NCBI GenBank assembly: GCA_965202585.1
Contig: OZ241834.1
Span: 25,544,001-25,608,000 of the forward strand
DNA: 64,000 nt
DNA from: Thalia democratica
Lineage: Eukaryota
Direction: 5' to 3'
Of the stretch, positions 38,351-51,300 are shown piece after piece (within the stretch, counting starts at the first letter, position 1; every line of letters begins with the position of its first letter). The translations under genes and the position numbers were made by a program. The notes beneath the pieces were generated by a model. That model saw nothing but the letters and a program-made list of their open reading frames with translations. It did no database searches and was not told the DNA's origin.

Positions 38351-39015
38351 GTGCTATTCTGACACCCATCCAAGCAACGTATATACCATATTTAAGCATT
38401 TAGAATTAAATCTTTTTTGCAGTCTCTTCTTTTATATAAATAATAAACCAATGATGCATGCGATATTGTTACAACTTTATTCTTCAATAACAAAATCCAA
38501 TGTATGTTTAACTCACTTCTTCTGTTTTTCCACAATTTTATGAAAATAAAGAAACTAAAACTGTGAGTCTTAAAAAAGTATTTATTGTATTATAGTTGAA
38601 AATATAAAGTATGTATGGAAAGTTTACTATAATTAAAAAAAATTAGGATTTTTTTTTTAATTTAGTTGACAGAATTTAAAAAATACAAAAAAAAAGTTAC
38701 ACTCGTTTTTATAATAAATACTAACATATGAATAAAATTAATTTTTTAAAAATTTAATGTTGAAAGCCACATTATGTATAAAAGGAAGTCATTTTAAATA
38801 AACGTGAGTATCAAGTTTTAACATAATTTAATTAAGAAACGAGTCTTTTAACAAACTTTTATTCGTATAGAAGTATAAGGTTTTGAAAACTTATTAGTTT
38901 TGTTTTATCTATTGGAAATTCTATAAGTTTACTAATATTTGTATCACAAACTATTTCAAGTAAATGACAAGAGTTCATATTTGGAATCTATGTGTATTTA
39001 GGTTTTAGTTGAAAG

Positions 39016-40059
39016 CAGGAGCGTAGCGTGGGGAGGGACACTGGCGCATACGTGCCACCCAAAAAAAAGAAAATAAGTTTTAAAAAAAAATGTAATATCT
39101 TTTTCCTTTATTGTTTATTTTTTCTGCGTAATTTGCCTTTTTTCAACTATGTTTATCTAGTATTCAAAAAGTTTAACGAAATTTTAAATACCAATTAGTG
39201 ACAAGTTAGGAAAATTACCCAATATACTGATGTTGATGGAAAACTCTATAAGGAAAAATTTTATAACTTCATTAACTTCGTAAGAATTTAGATTCAAAAT
39301 GTACGCAACTAATTAGTGCACCGCTGTAGTATAACCTTATGGCAGATTTTTCTACAAATAGTTTATAAAAATACGTCACGCTTAAAGGAAAAAATAAATA
39401 ATTTTACAAGTATTTTTTATGCTACAATAAATCTTAAGACTACTGCTAGTTTTCTGAACTTTATTTTTGTAAACATACAAGAAAAAGCGTGTCGGCCTAT
39501 GAGAAATAAACTTCGTTTGTGATTTATATTTTAAACAAATACAGTCAGATGAATTAAATTTAAAAAGTATACTTTTAACTATTTTACAAAGTTGTAATAA
39601 AGCGTAATAACAGTTATAAAGTTGGTCTATTTTAACTTCTGCGTAACTTTATTAAACTATGTGCTATGAGGTGTTGTTATCACTGTTGTATTGTATATTA
39701 AAGAGATTGATATTTTTTTCGTAAATAAAACAGATACTTTCGTTTTACTGAATATATTCATTTTTAAAGATATAAAGTTTACTGTAAATAGTAATAACAA
39801 TTTTTATTTAGTAAGTTTACATTTGTGCAAGTATAAGTAATTCTAATGAAATTTATACTTTTTTTAATTGTTTAATTTTGTAATATATAATTTTGTTTTA
39901 AAACAGTTACTTCGAACTTTTTTTACTTAATGAATTTATTTCAATAACATTACTTATAAAAGGATCTTTTTATAGCTAATTACAAAAGTTTTAATTTAGG
40001 GGATTTTTTGTGAAAAAAGTTTGCGCAACCCCTAACCAAAATACCACGCTACGCCACTG
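39016..40059. mobile_element. Non-autonomous hAT element, 1044 bp
   Basis: TIRs CAGGAGCGTAGCGTGG / CCACGCTACGCCACTG (14/16 match), with a perfect 8-bp TSD gttgaaag (39008-39015, 40060-40067). Confidence 0.9.
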
Positions 40060-40189
40060 GTTGAAAGTACATCTTTTCAAAATCATAGTAAAATATTTTT
40101 TTACTAAAAGCTTAAAACTAGGCTCTTAATTCAATACTCATTACTAGTGCTTAAATACAGCAGACTTTATCACATTTTACGTTTAAGGT

Positions 40190-40731
40190 GGGTAGCTGTC
40201 TAATTTGCACGAGTGTACAAAATTTCACGAGTGCACAAAATTGCACGAAGATACTTTTTCACGGGCAAACAGTTTTGCACGAAGACATTTTTGCTCGGGT
40301 CAATTATTTTTTTTAATTTCTGCATTAGTTTTAATTTTATTTTTTTTTACTAACACTGTTACCCCTAACCCTTATCCTCGGTCGGTAGCTTTTTATTTTA
40401 TAAAAATTTATATATTTTTTTTTTAATTTTTACTATCCCTGTTACCCCTAACCCTTACCCTCGGTCAGTAACTTAATTTATTATTATTTTTTTACTAAGT
40501 TTTTTTTTTAATTTTTTTTTTCTGTATTATTATACTCTCATGCAAAAATGTAACTCGTGCATAACTAACCCTTGGTGCAAAACCGTCTTCGTGCAGTTTT
40601 GTTCCTTCGTGCAATTTTGTGCCCTCGTGCAAATTTAGCTTCGTGCAGTTTTGTGCACTTGTGCAATTTTGTTCTCGTGCAATTTAGTCCCCTCGTGCAA
40701 TTTTTTCTTCGTGCAATTTAGACCCGTTCCC
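40190..40731. mobile_element. Foldback/MULE-like MITE with ttgcacga arrays, 542 bp
   Basis: Termini are GGGTAGCTGTCTAATTTG and CAATTTAGACCCGTTCCC, with a perfect 9-bp TSD gtttaaggt (40181-40189, 40732-40740). Central ccctaaccctt motifs. Confidence 0.9.
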
Positions 40732-42331
40732 GTTTAAGGTAGTGCTTTTATGTTTATTACTACAACTGTTTTGAAATAACAGTGGGTCGCGGAAGACCTT
40801 TTTTATGCAAAGCGGCTTGCGAGCAAGCTTTTCTGGGAAAATCAACATTAAATCATTAATCGACCCGCGACTATAAAAAGGCAGCCGTATCCTGCTCCAA
40901 GACTTTAATTAGAAACAAAAAATGTGATAAATTAATAAAACTACATGTTGGCAGTAATTTAGTATAGTTTATTAAACGACAAAAAAGCTCAAAATTTTTG
41001 GTCTTGGGTGCACGAAAAAATCTTTCGGTTATCGAGTCGCACGTCACTTGGATACCTTTTAACGTCAGTACCGTAGACTTTAAATGTTAGTAACAATAAG
41101 AATCAGTACTAACATTAAAGCTTACACAAAAATAAACTATAAAATTTTCAAAGTGTTTTTTATGTCTTTATTCGATTTAAACAAAACGCTGTAATACATT
41201 GTAACACTTTGAATGATCGTTATAGTTTTGGAGTTGAAAAATTTTATAGCTATGGTACACGCTCCACTTTTCAAACTATTTATGCTAAAGTAAACCAGTC
41301 GCAAAATAAATGTTTAAATAATACAAGTTTATATAATTTTACTGTAGAAAAGCGAACAATAAATTTAAAAACGTCATCGGACTGAGTATACAAATTATAA
41401 TTTTTTTTTTTTTAAATATTAACTTTTAGAATGATTAACACGGTAAAAATCTTTTAAAACTAATAGAAACAAATAGTAATAAAATAAACAATAAAAAATA
41501 AATAGAATAAAAAATTATTCTGTTATATATAAATACTATACGGTTTATTGAAAAATATTTGAATATATATAATTTATTTAAATAAGCAAAGAAAGTGTTT
41601 TTCTTTGAAAACGTTTGAACTAATGCTGTAAAAACAAAATAATTTAAAACAACAACTTCAATTACGAATGACAAAAATCTAATTAGTCTAAAACATACAG
41701 TTATAAACCTAATTTGTTACAAGATTTAAGTAAGGGCTTACCAAATTTGCAATCTTTTTACTTTATAAACATAATTAAATGGTTTCAAAGTATTAGCTAA
41801 AAGTTGGGGTTTTGCATTAACGACGACATTTCCTCTTTGTGATATTTATCTATTAAGAATGAAAAACAATAATGATTTATTGGAATTATTCTGAAATATA
41901 TAATCTGTAATTATTTCCAAGTGGGATAAACTCTGGTTTAAAGCAATTGCAGTTTTTTAAAAATGTTCAGTTTTGAAAGTGTTTTTGTACGAAACCGTTT
42001 CAATCAATGATGCTCTAACGACAAGATAATAAAAAACAACAATTTTAATTACAGATTACAAAAGCTATAGCAACCTAAAAACAAATAGTTATGAACAAAT
42101 TTAAATATACTCTAATAATAATAACTATAGTATATTTAAATATACTTTAGTTAAAAATGTACAAGGGCGGCGATATCGCCACCTTGGGATATTTTGGCAA
42201 TTAAGAACGAAAAAATAAACTTAAAACTTGTTCAAAAAGTATCTTGGTTAATTAGTTAGTACAGAGGTGAATAGAACTTTTGCCAAGTTGGCGAATAGAA
42301 ATGTAATTGCAATTTTCGTTTTTTAATATTT

Positions 42332-45300
42332 TCAGCAAAGTTCCTCGAAAATGTCAAAATCGTCATCGGCTATTTCCTCCTCGCTGTCCTGTCGTGACGT
42401 CACGTTTCCCCCGTTGCAGTGAGACGTCACGTGAACTCCGTGCAAGCTCATGGTGACGTCACAATTGGGGGAATTCCCTGATTTCCTGGAGCTTCTCCTC
42501 TCGTTAGGGGATTTCATGGAGGACTTTTGAAATTCTTCCTCCTCCATAATTGCCTCTGTTAAAATTTTATTTAGTTTTTAACAGTAAAATTTATACTAAG
42601 TCATAAAATCCTTCCACAACAGTTACAAAAAATCATAACTACATAGTTTCAATAGAGTTTTTGATTACTATGTTATGCAAATAACGATAAAAAGTTAGAA
42701 ATGGTAGTAATCCGTGTATAATTATACGTTTTAAAAAGTTTAGAACCAGTACTTATCTATTACTTATCACAAAAAAACGTAAAATATTTTTTCGCGCTTG
42801 GCTTGTGTAACATTTTATTAAAAACCTGATGTTCTCCTTTTAACTGAGATTCTGTTTTTATTTTTCAGACTTCTTCTTCTGCTACTTTGAGAATTTCTCC
42901 TTGATCCCGCTGTCGACGATACTTCACCTTTAATTAAATATAAATATAACGAAAAATTATACATTGAGTGAAAATTATGAAAATTTTATTGTTATTATCA
43001 TTTTATAGTCGTTGTAAAGTCTATAACAACAAAAGTAAAAACATAAAAGTAAAAACAACAACATAACAAATTGTTGTTGTAAACAGTTGAAAACACTTTC
43101 CAAGTTTGCAAACGGTTCTGTATTTACGTATTATTAAATAAATTTGTTTGAAATTTTAACTTCTATTCTTATTAAAATGTTTAAAATCTTACTTTCAGTA
43201 TCTGAATAGTCATCATCAGAGTATTCACCATTATCACTGAAGTCAAAATTTTCTATATCTGCTTGCAGTTCTTTCATACCTGAATAAAAATGATAAAATA
43301 AAAACTGTAGTGAGTATATCAATTTGCTTATATTTATCAAGTTAATATAGTTTAAGTTTCAAAATTCTATATTCCGAATACTTGCTTTTTTGTTTTAGAT
43401 TAAAATGTAAAAGTAAATTCATTTGTCAATTTTAGAATCAGAGCTTTCTTAATATAATATATACTAAGTAAAAAACTAATATTATTTCAGGTAATGTCTT
43501 TTAAAACATATCCATACACAAATAAAACTAAATTCACGACACATTGCAAGTCGGTTTGATTTTTTTTTCAAACCGTAGTGACGATGTGACAAATAATTCA
43601 TTTAAAATGCTATTGGTTCTTTATAATATGAGTAGTGTCTAAAAAATATAAAAAAGTACATCAAAATTTGCAAAACCCTTCGAAAATCGCTTAAGCTTTT
43701 ATCTCATCCATACCGTAGTGACGGTGCGAGTCAAAATCGAGGTCGTCGCTGGAATCGGACGAAGTCACGCGGCTTTTGCTTCTCATCAGCGTCATCTTGC
43801 GGATGCTCTCCTCCAAAACCCTCCTCTGGTGGATCTCCGAAGATATGACTTCCAGGTTCTTCAGAGACGTCTTGTACTTCAGCTTGGCCGCTTCCACCTT
43901 CTTCTGCAGGATTTCCACCTTGCCGCTCTGTTGCTGTTTGTTAAGTTTGTTTTAATAAAATTTTGTTTGGAACACTTGTTTGAGTTCAGCGTTAGGATTA
44001 TAATATCTATATACCTTTAACATTAAAGATCACCTGTTTTAAATTGGTTTGGTTTTTTAAGCTGTAATGCATTTGATTCAAAACTAAATATTATTAAAAC
44101 ATTTTTTTAATCATTAATCGTTTGCAATAAAGTATAGGTAAGAATAGTTTATTTTAACTTCTACTCAATACCGCCAGCGGGCAGATACTTTCAAAATGAG
44201 CTCAACTTGCTCGTTAGCGAATGTGGTAGTTGACTAAACATGAATAGTAATAATATTAATGTTTAATATTTTACCTGCAATATCAGTTCAACACGTTCCC
44301 TCTCGTCGAAGTAAACTGAGCTTTTCTCCACGCTCCTCTTGTGCTTCTTTCTCATGTTGCTCGCCCTCCTACTAAGCAGCTCCCTCCTCCGAGCTGCCTG
44401 CTTGTGGAACTCCTCAGAACGCGTCCTTTGTGACATCATAATTTCAAAGATAACTCGGTTGTTTAGTTTGCGGAAAAATCTTTTTTTTTATGAAACTCAA
44501 GTCGATTTTTTTTATCAGGAAATTAAAAACAAACTTGAAAATACTTTTTACAAACATTTGTTTTTAGTAATTGAGTAATAAATAAACATTAATATACTAA
44601 AATTTTGAAATTATAGTGGTACAGTAGATATAGTTTCAAACTTTTTGTTTCTATTTTATCGTTAACTTACTTAAAAAAACTCTAAATTTTTGTTATTGAG
44701 AACTTATTAAGTAATTTAGTTATCAATAGTGCTATAGTTTCTTAAAAAATGAATGAAACATTAAGTTTTTTATACTTTAAACTGCATAAAAATAAGATAA
44801 AGTCGATAGCTTTAAAAGTTATAATTTTAGTAATAATTATTAAACAGCCCTTTTTTTTCTTTTATAACCCTTTACATTATTCAAAAAACCTAACCTTTTC
44901 GGTTTTTATTTTGAAGCGTGTCTTAAAAAATTATTTAATTTATAGAATAAATAGTAACGTAGATTTTTCGTTACTAAAAAAACGTTGGGTAAGAAAATCT
45001 CGTTTAATTTTAATCCATAAAAAGTAGGAGTTTAAAAAACTTAAGTCTCCAAGCAAGTGCTTATCGATGTTAGAAAATAAATTAACAGATATAATATAGT
45101 TTTGCACCACTAGACATCAAAATAAACTGTTTTAAACATAATGTCTATAACAAAAACACATAAAGACAACTAAAAGAGCTCAAATAGTGAGTAGAAAATT
45201 ACTACTTAACAGTTTTAAAAACTTTTCCTTTACTAAATAAAATAAACTGTAAAAAACAAACAAAGCAATGTATATACTAATTATAGTGAACTCGATTTAA

Positions 45301-48300
45301 GCTTAACAAAACATATGAAGTTTTACCTTTTTTTTCAAAAATAATCAAAGTTAAAAAACACGACATAGTTAAAAGTTGTAAGCATATCTGTTAACAGTTG
45401 CACATTACAGTCAAAATTATAAACTTTCAAATATTAGTTTATCATAAGAAATTAGTAAAACGTTTTGCATACGAAACGTTGTATTAAAAAAATTTAATTC
45501 TAGATTCATATAAAATTTTTATTGTAATATCATTTTCTATACAATATATCTATAGTGCAACTAACTAATTAATTAATTGCATTTTTTTAAAACTTAATAC
45601 TCAGGTTTTAACTCTAAAAACTTTCTAGTTTATAAAAGAAGTTCAAAATAATTATTAAAATTTTATTTATTATGTTCTAGTTCATAAAAACACTTTATTT
45701 AAGCTTCCAAAAGTAGAAAAATTATCTATGTTAAAGTATTGTCAGCGATTGAAAACTTGCTAAACAAAATTTAACACTAAATTAGCTAAAAACATGTTTA
45801 AGGTTTTTACAGTCTTACAGCTTTTGGAATTTTGATACTTAAGTTATTGTTCATGCATTGTGATTGCTATTTAAAAACATAAAAAAAAAAAACTGTCAAG
45901 AATCTATTTAAGTTAAACGTTATAAAAATTTTCATTGTTACCTTAAAAAATAAAATAACGTAAAAGTAAATTATGAAATAAAAAAGAATTATTTTTTGCA
46001 TACTGTATTTACTAAACTTACATATATTCAAAAGCTTTCAAGAATGTTTAATTTTACTGTTTCAAAAATGCTTTATATATATCTATAATACCGTCAACAG
46101 TCAAATACTAGCCAAGTGATTTAATTTGCTATAAAATAAGTAAATATTCACAAGCAGTATATAAAAGATTCAAAAAGTATATAATTCTAACTTGTATATT
46201 TTACGCTTGTGCTTATACTTAACAGATTTTTCTCTATTTATAATTCAGATAAATTTTCAAAAAAACAAAGCATAAAGTCTATCCATAGCCGTTTTATATT
46301 TTTACTCGTCTGTTTACGTAATACGAGGAAACGTTTGAAGTTTTCAAATTTTTAAAGTTTTGTTTCTAAGAATACTTAAAATAAACATATGCAAAATAAG
46401 TAAACACATCTAACCAAGGTCAAGTTAGTGTCTTGAAATAGAAGCAAAAAGTAGCTAATAAGTCTTTCAGGTACAAATATGTTTGCTTAAATGCCACAAT
46501 TAGCAGCGTTCAAGTTCAACAATGTTTATTTACTAAGTATCAGCGATTTCAGTAAATTTTTAATAAGTGTTTCGCAAAAAGCTTATGCAAGCAGTTAATG
46601 ATTCACTGAATTTGTAGTGAAATATTTTTTTGTCAACAAAAATTGTAGATAAACAACAAACAATAAAAAGTAAAAGTACATGTTAAATACTCGTGTAAAA
46701 CTTTTGATGCAAACTGCGAGTGAATAAATTATTTAAATCACCATGAAACATGTGAAAAACTAGCATCTTAAAACTACTTTTAATCAACATTTGAGAACAA
46801 ATAATTTTGTTTTGCGGCTGTATTAAATGAAGAACAATTTTTTTTCTTTTATTGTTTAAAATTATAACTTAATGACTATTTTAAAACAAACTATTTATTA
46901 TACACGGTAAATTTCGATTAGAATATGTAAAGTATCTTAGTAATTTGTTACATACATTATTTGTTAAGTTGTATACATTTTAATCACAAACTAAATAAAT
47001 ATGTATTTGAAAACACTATCTTAAAAATTTTATGATGGTTGTAATAATGAATATATTTCTAAGAAACACAAACTAAGACACATTTAAGATAATCTAAATA
47101 GCTTTTAAAACTAACAACAAATTTCTTGGACTATTTATGTTAAGTTTTAAAAAAGTTTGAAATGTAAAGTTAACTTTAGAAACATAAATACTATACAGAA
47201 GCTATTATTATTTTATTTTATTTTAACAAAATTACATGAAAACAAAGAGAACAAATTAAAAAACATGCAGTTTTTGTTTGAATTCGGAAAATGTTACACT
47301 CATTGAAAATTAAAAGTTATAAAAAAACATTTTCTTATTAGTTTTTACACAATTTTTTGTTCAAGTTTATAAACTTACTTTACTAAATAAATCACGAACT
47401 GAACTTTAACCTATGATTGGATAACTCAGACAATTATAAAATGAGTGCGACTTACCCATTAGACAATAAGTTTATCTGAAATCTTTATCAGCCAACAGAA
47501 TGAAGCCCATACTTCGTGTTAGACATTCATGGGGTAAATTTTAAAAACAAATTAAACGCACATAGAGAATAGAAAATGTTTTTAGATAAAATGAAGTTAA
47601 TATTAAAAGTCTTGTATTTGTAATTATAATTTCAAAAACACCACTAACTTCCATTACAGTAAAAAACAAACTGATTTTTTCAATGTAAAAGAATCTTTAT
47701 AAAAATTTGAGCGAAATAAAGTTAAAATTGAGCGAAAATACTTAAAAAGCAACTTTAATTATCTGATAGTTTTGTTAGTAGCTGGTTGCTAATACTGATA
47801 AAGGTTTGCATTGTTGTCAAAAATAGTTGAAAGGACCAAAGAAATTTGAGTTTTTTACGGTAAAAGAAACATAATAAGTTAAAATCATGGCAATAATGGT
47901 GGTTTTACAATATACTGAACTATTAAGACATATAACTCATTTTCTGTAGTTTAGAATAATTATAGCAACCCTTGCATAATGGATATGGTACTAAATTTGA
48001 TATAGAAGGTTGTTGAATTTGTAATGAAAAGTATAACAACTCTTAATCTTTACAAAAAAAAGTATAGGAATAATTTAGTCAATAAAATTAAGTTCAACAA
48101 CTATAATTTTTTTTTTTAAATAGAGGCAACTTAGTTTATTATTTAGAATTTTAAACAACAAACCCAAACCTTTCCTGTTCGGCTTCCTGAAGTCTCTTAA
48201 CGTTCCGCCTGATCGACTCCTGCCACGCCTCGCTGACCCCGTCCTGTTTCCCGCCAATTTCGTTCAGCGACTGCTCCATCAGGCGGATGGTTTCTTTGGC

Positions 48301-51300
48301 CGCCCTGTGCACGCCGTTGGCGCGATGGTAGTCGTCCACCGCCAGTTGGAGCGACTCGTCCGCCTGAGAAGGTTTAAGTTTGGTTCACATTTTATTTTAA
48401 TAAACAGTTGTTATAGACTGAGGTTTCCAAAAGCGGGCGTTTTTTTTAATATCAGAAGCAATAACTTGTAAGGAGAGAAAAAATAAATCAAAGCATACTT
48501 GAGTGATTCGTCCGTCTCAAAAGTTGTATGGTAAATTATTTTTTTTAATTTCTAGTTGTAGTCGTTGTGAACTTTCATCAAAAAGTGAATTTATTACATT
48601 GGTGACTATGAAGCAGGGTTTGACAACATAGGAGATGTCGCTCACTTAGGGAAGATTTCGGAAATTAAGGGGCAATAAGTAGTGAGGGGGCCAAAAAGTT
48701 AAAGGGTAAACAGTTAGTAAAAGGACGATGTTTAACAAAGACCTTTTTTATAATTTTTGATCTTTTTTTTTAAAGTAAAATTGACGTATTTAAATGAAAA
48801 CATAAGACTAATATTTTGTATAGTCAATTTAAAGTTTTCAGTGATCATAGAATTTAGAAAAAAATCAAAAATATTAATTATTTAATGATATTTAATTTCT
48901 AAAATCTTTACTATATGAAGAAGTTTAGGTACAAACTTATGATTTTTATAGAATTAGATATTTTTTATCTTGTAAGTACTATATTGTTTGAATACTAAAG
49001 AAATTATATTGTTACATTTTTAGTTTTTCGAGTTTACCTGTTATTTTGTGAACATTTGTTTTTAAGTAATTTTTATTTTAAGTAATTTTTGTTTTTAAGT
49101 TAGCTATATAAATTATTAATGAAATAGCTAAAAAGTTAAAAAACATCAAAAAAAAGTTCTATTTTAGTAAAAGATGTTTTTAAGCTGCTATTTTTAATTG
49201 ACACTAATAATCTGTGACTTAAGACTTTTCCATGCCAACTACTTTTTTTTGAAAAACATCGAAGTATTTTTAACAACACTTGGAACAATTTCAAATAAGC
49301 AAGTATTAGTGTCAATTAAGTTGTTTCATCTAAAACATGTATTCGTACATAAACAACAATTTTTTTTAAATTACAAGTATTTTGGCTAATTAGAAGGAAA
49401 TTAAAAAATTGCAGCTTAAAAAATGCGTAATATCAAAATTAATAAATACTTTTTCTTTAATGAAACATAGTTCTTAAGCATGTTTTTTGAGAGAAGCTTC
49501 ATAACTTAATTTTTGCTAATAATTTTTTTTTTGAAAGCTTTTGGCGCTTTTGAAGAGTGAAAAAAGAATTTTGCAGCGATTTTAAGCTTTACATCTTGTA
49601 CTCAAAGCTTAACAGACAGAGTTTTGCAGACAGAAAAATAATAAATCTTAAAAACTGAGGTCTCTAGCCGGCTTTATTTTATATCTAACGTCGAATAAAC
49701 TCAATCCTGTTAGAATAAAAACTCTAAATTCTATAATGGCAAAATTTCAAAACGGTAGAGCTAATTAAAAACTTTTTTGGAATAAAAAACATGCGAATAA
49801 AAAGTAACAAATCAAATCTGTTGCTCGACAGATTAAAGTTTTGTCTCAATGCTGAATAAATTATGAGACGTGAAAAATTTAATTTTATCAGTTAAGTAAA
49901 AAAAAAAGCGCGGCAATAAAAAGTGCGTCTATGAATAATTAAAAAGTATTTCGCTGGCGGTTTGCTGAAAACTGGAATGATTTTTGCTTTTTTTGAATTC
50001 GAAACAAGTTTTATGACGCACTAAAAAATTTGGTTTGTCAGAAAAAGTTGTTTTCGCTAAAAATTAGTTTTATCTGCAAAAATAGTTACTTAAATCAATA
50101 TGTACTGCAAAAAAAAGTTTATTGTAAGGTAATTAAGTTACACAAAAGAGCCAAGAAATGCAAAAAAAACTGAAAACTAGAACTTATTAGTAGTAAAATA
50201 TAACTTTAAGTGAGTTTATACACCAAATAGTTAAACTAATCAAACAAAAGCAATTTACTGCTTGTTAGAAATGTGCTTAAGCTACTTAAACTAATTTTTC
50301 TTCAAATGTTAGGCTTTTTTCAGTATACTTATTCATAATTAACAGTTGTAGCTCAACAAACTTTTTACTAAAGTCTTCTTTTAATGAATCAACACAGTAC
50401 TTTTTCCACAGTAACTATAATTGTTTTAAGCTTGTTTTTAGTAAAAAGTACAAATTTTAGTTTGTTTATGATTTTTTTACAAGTATTTTCAAAAACACTA
50501 AAAATGAAACATTTCTAATACATTTTAGCTCGTACAAGAAATTGTTATGTAAAAATTTTTTTTTTTAATATTTTTTTGTGAAATTCATTCATGTTTTAAG
50601 CTTTCAAAGCTGCAGCTGTAATAGAAAAGCAGTAAATAAAATGAGTGCATACAAGTTTATTTCTAGCTTCACATGCAAAACAAAAATAAAAAAGTTGATT
50701 TAACGTAAATAAGAGTTACCAAAAAAATAAAATGAATATTAACGTTAAAAAAAAAGATTTTTTTTTATAAACGGTTATTTTTTGATTTAAACAAATGTAA
50801 AGTAATGTTTTATTTTTTATTTTTAGTCTACTTCAAAAAATTTATGCATATGTATACCCAACAAACAAACGAGCATTTTTTTAAACAGTCTCGTTTTTTA
50901 ATCAAAAAACTGTTAGTTTTGAAAATTTTTAACAAAGCTCTTTAACTTCTTCGATAAAATAGAATTTCACTACCAGTTAGAAAAATTATTAAGATGTTAA
51001 ACTTTACAGTAGTACCATTGTTTATTAGCAAGCTGTTTTCTTCGTTTGCTTAAACTAGCGTGTTTAATGATGAAAAATACACTGCTATCTGGAAACTTAC
51101 TTATTTAAAAAAAAAAAAACAACAATCCCTCATGTTAACCGCTTCATAGTAGGGTCTGCTTTTGTTTGTTTTAACTAGATATAAACGAACTAAGTAAAAA
51201 AATTATTAAAGAGATAAAATGACTATGAAAACCTCTATTAGTAAAAACAAATAATCCCACTTATTTAGCTTGCTTGACAGTTTCATAGTAGGATCTTTGT

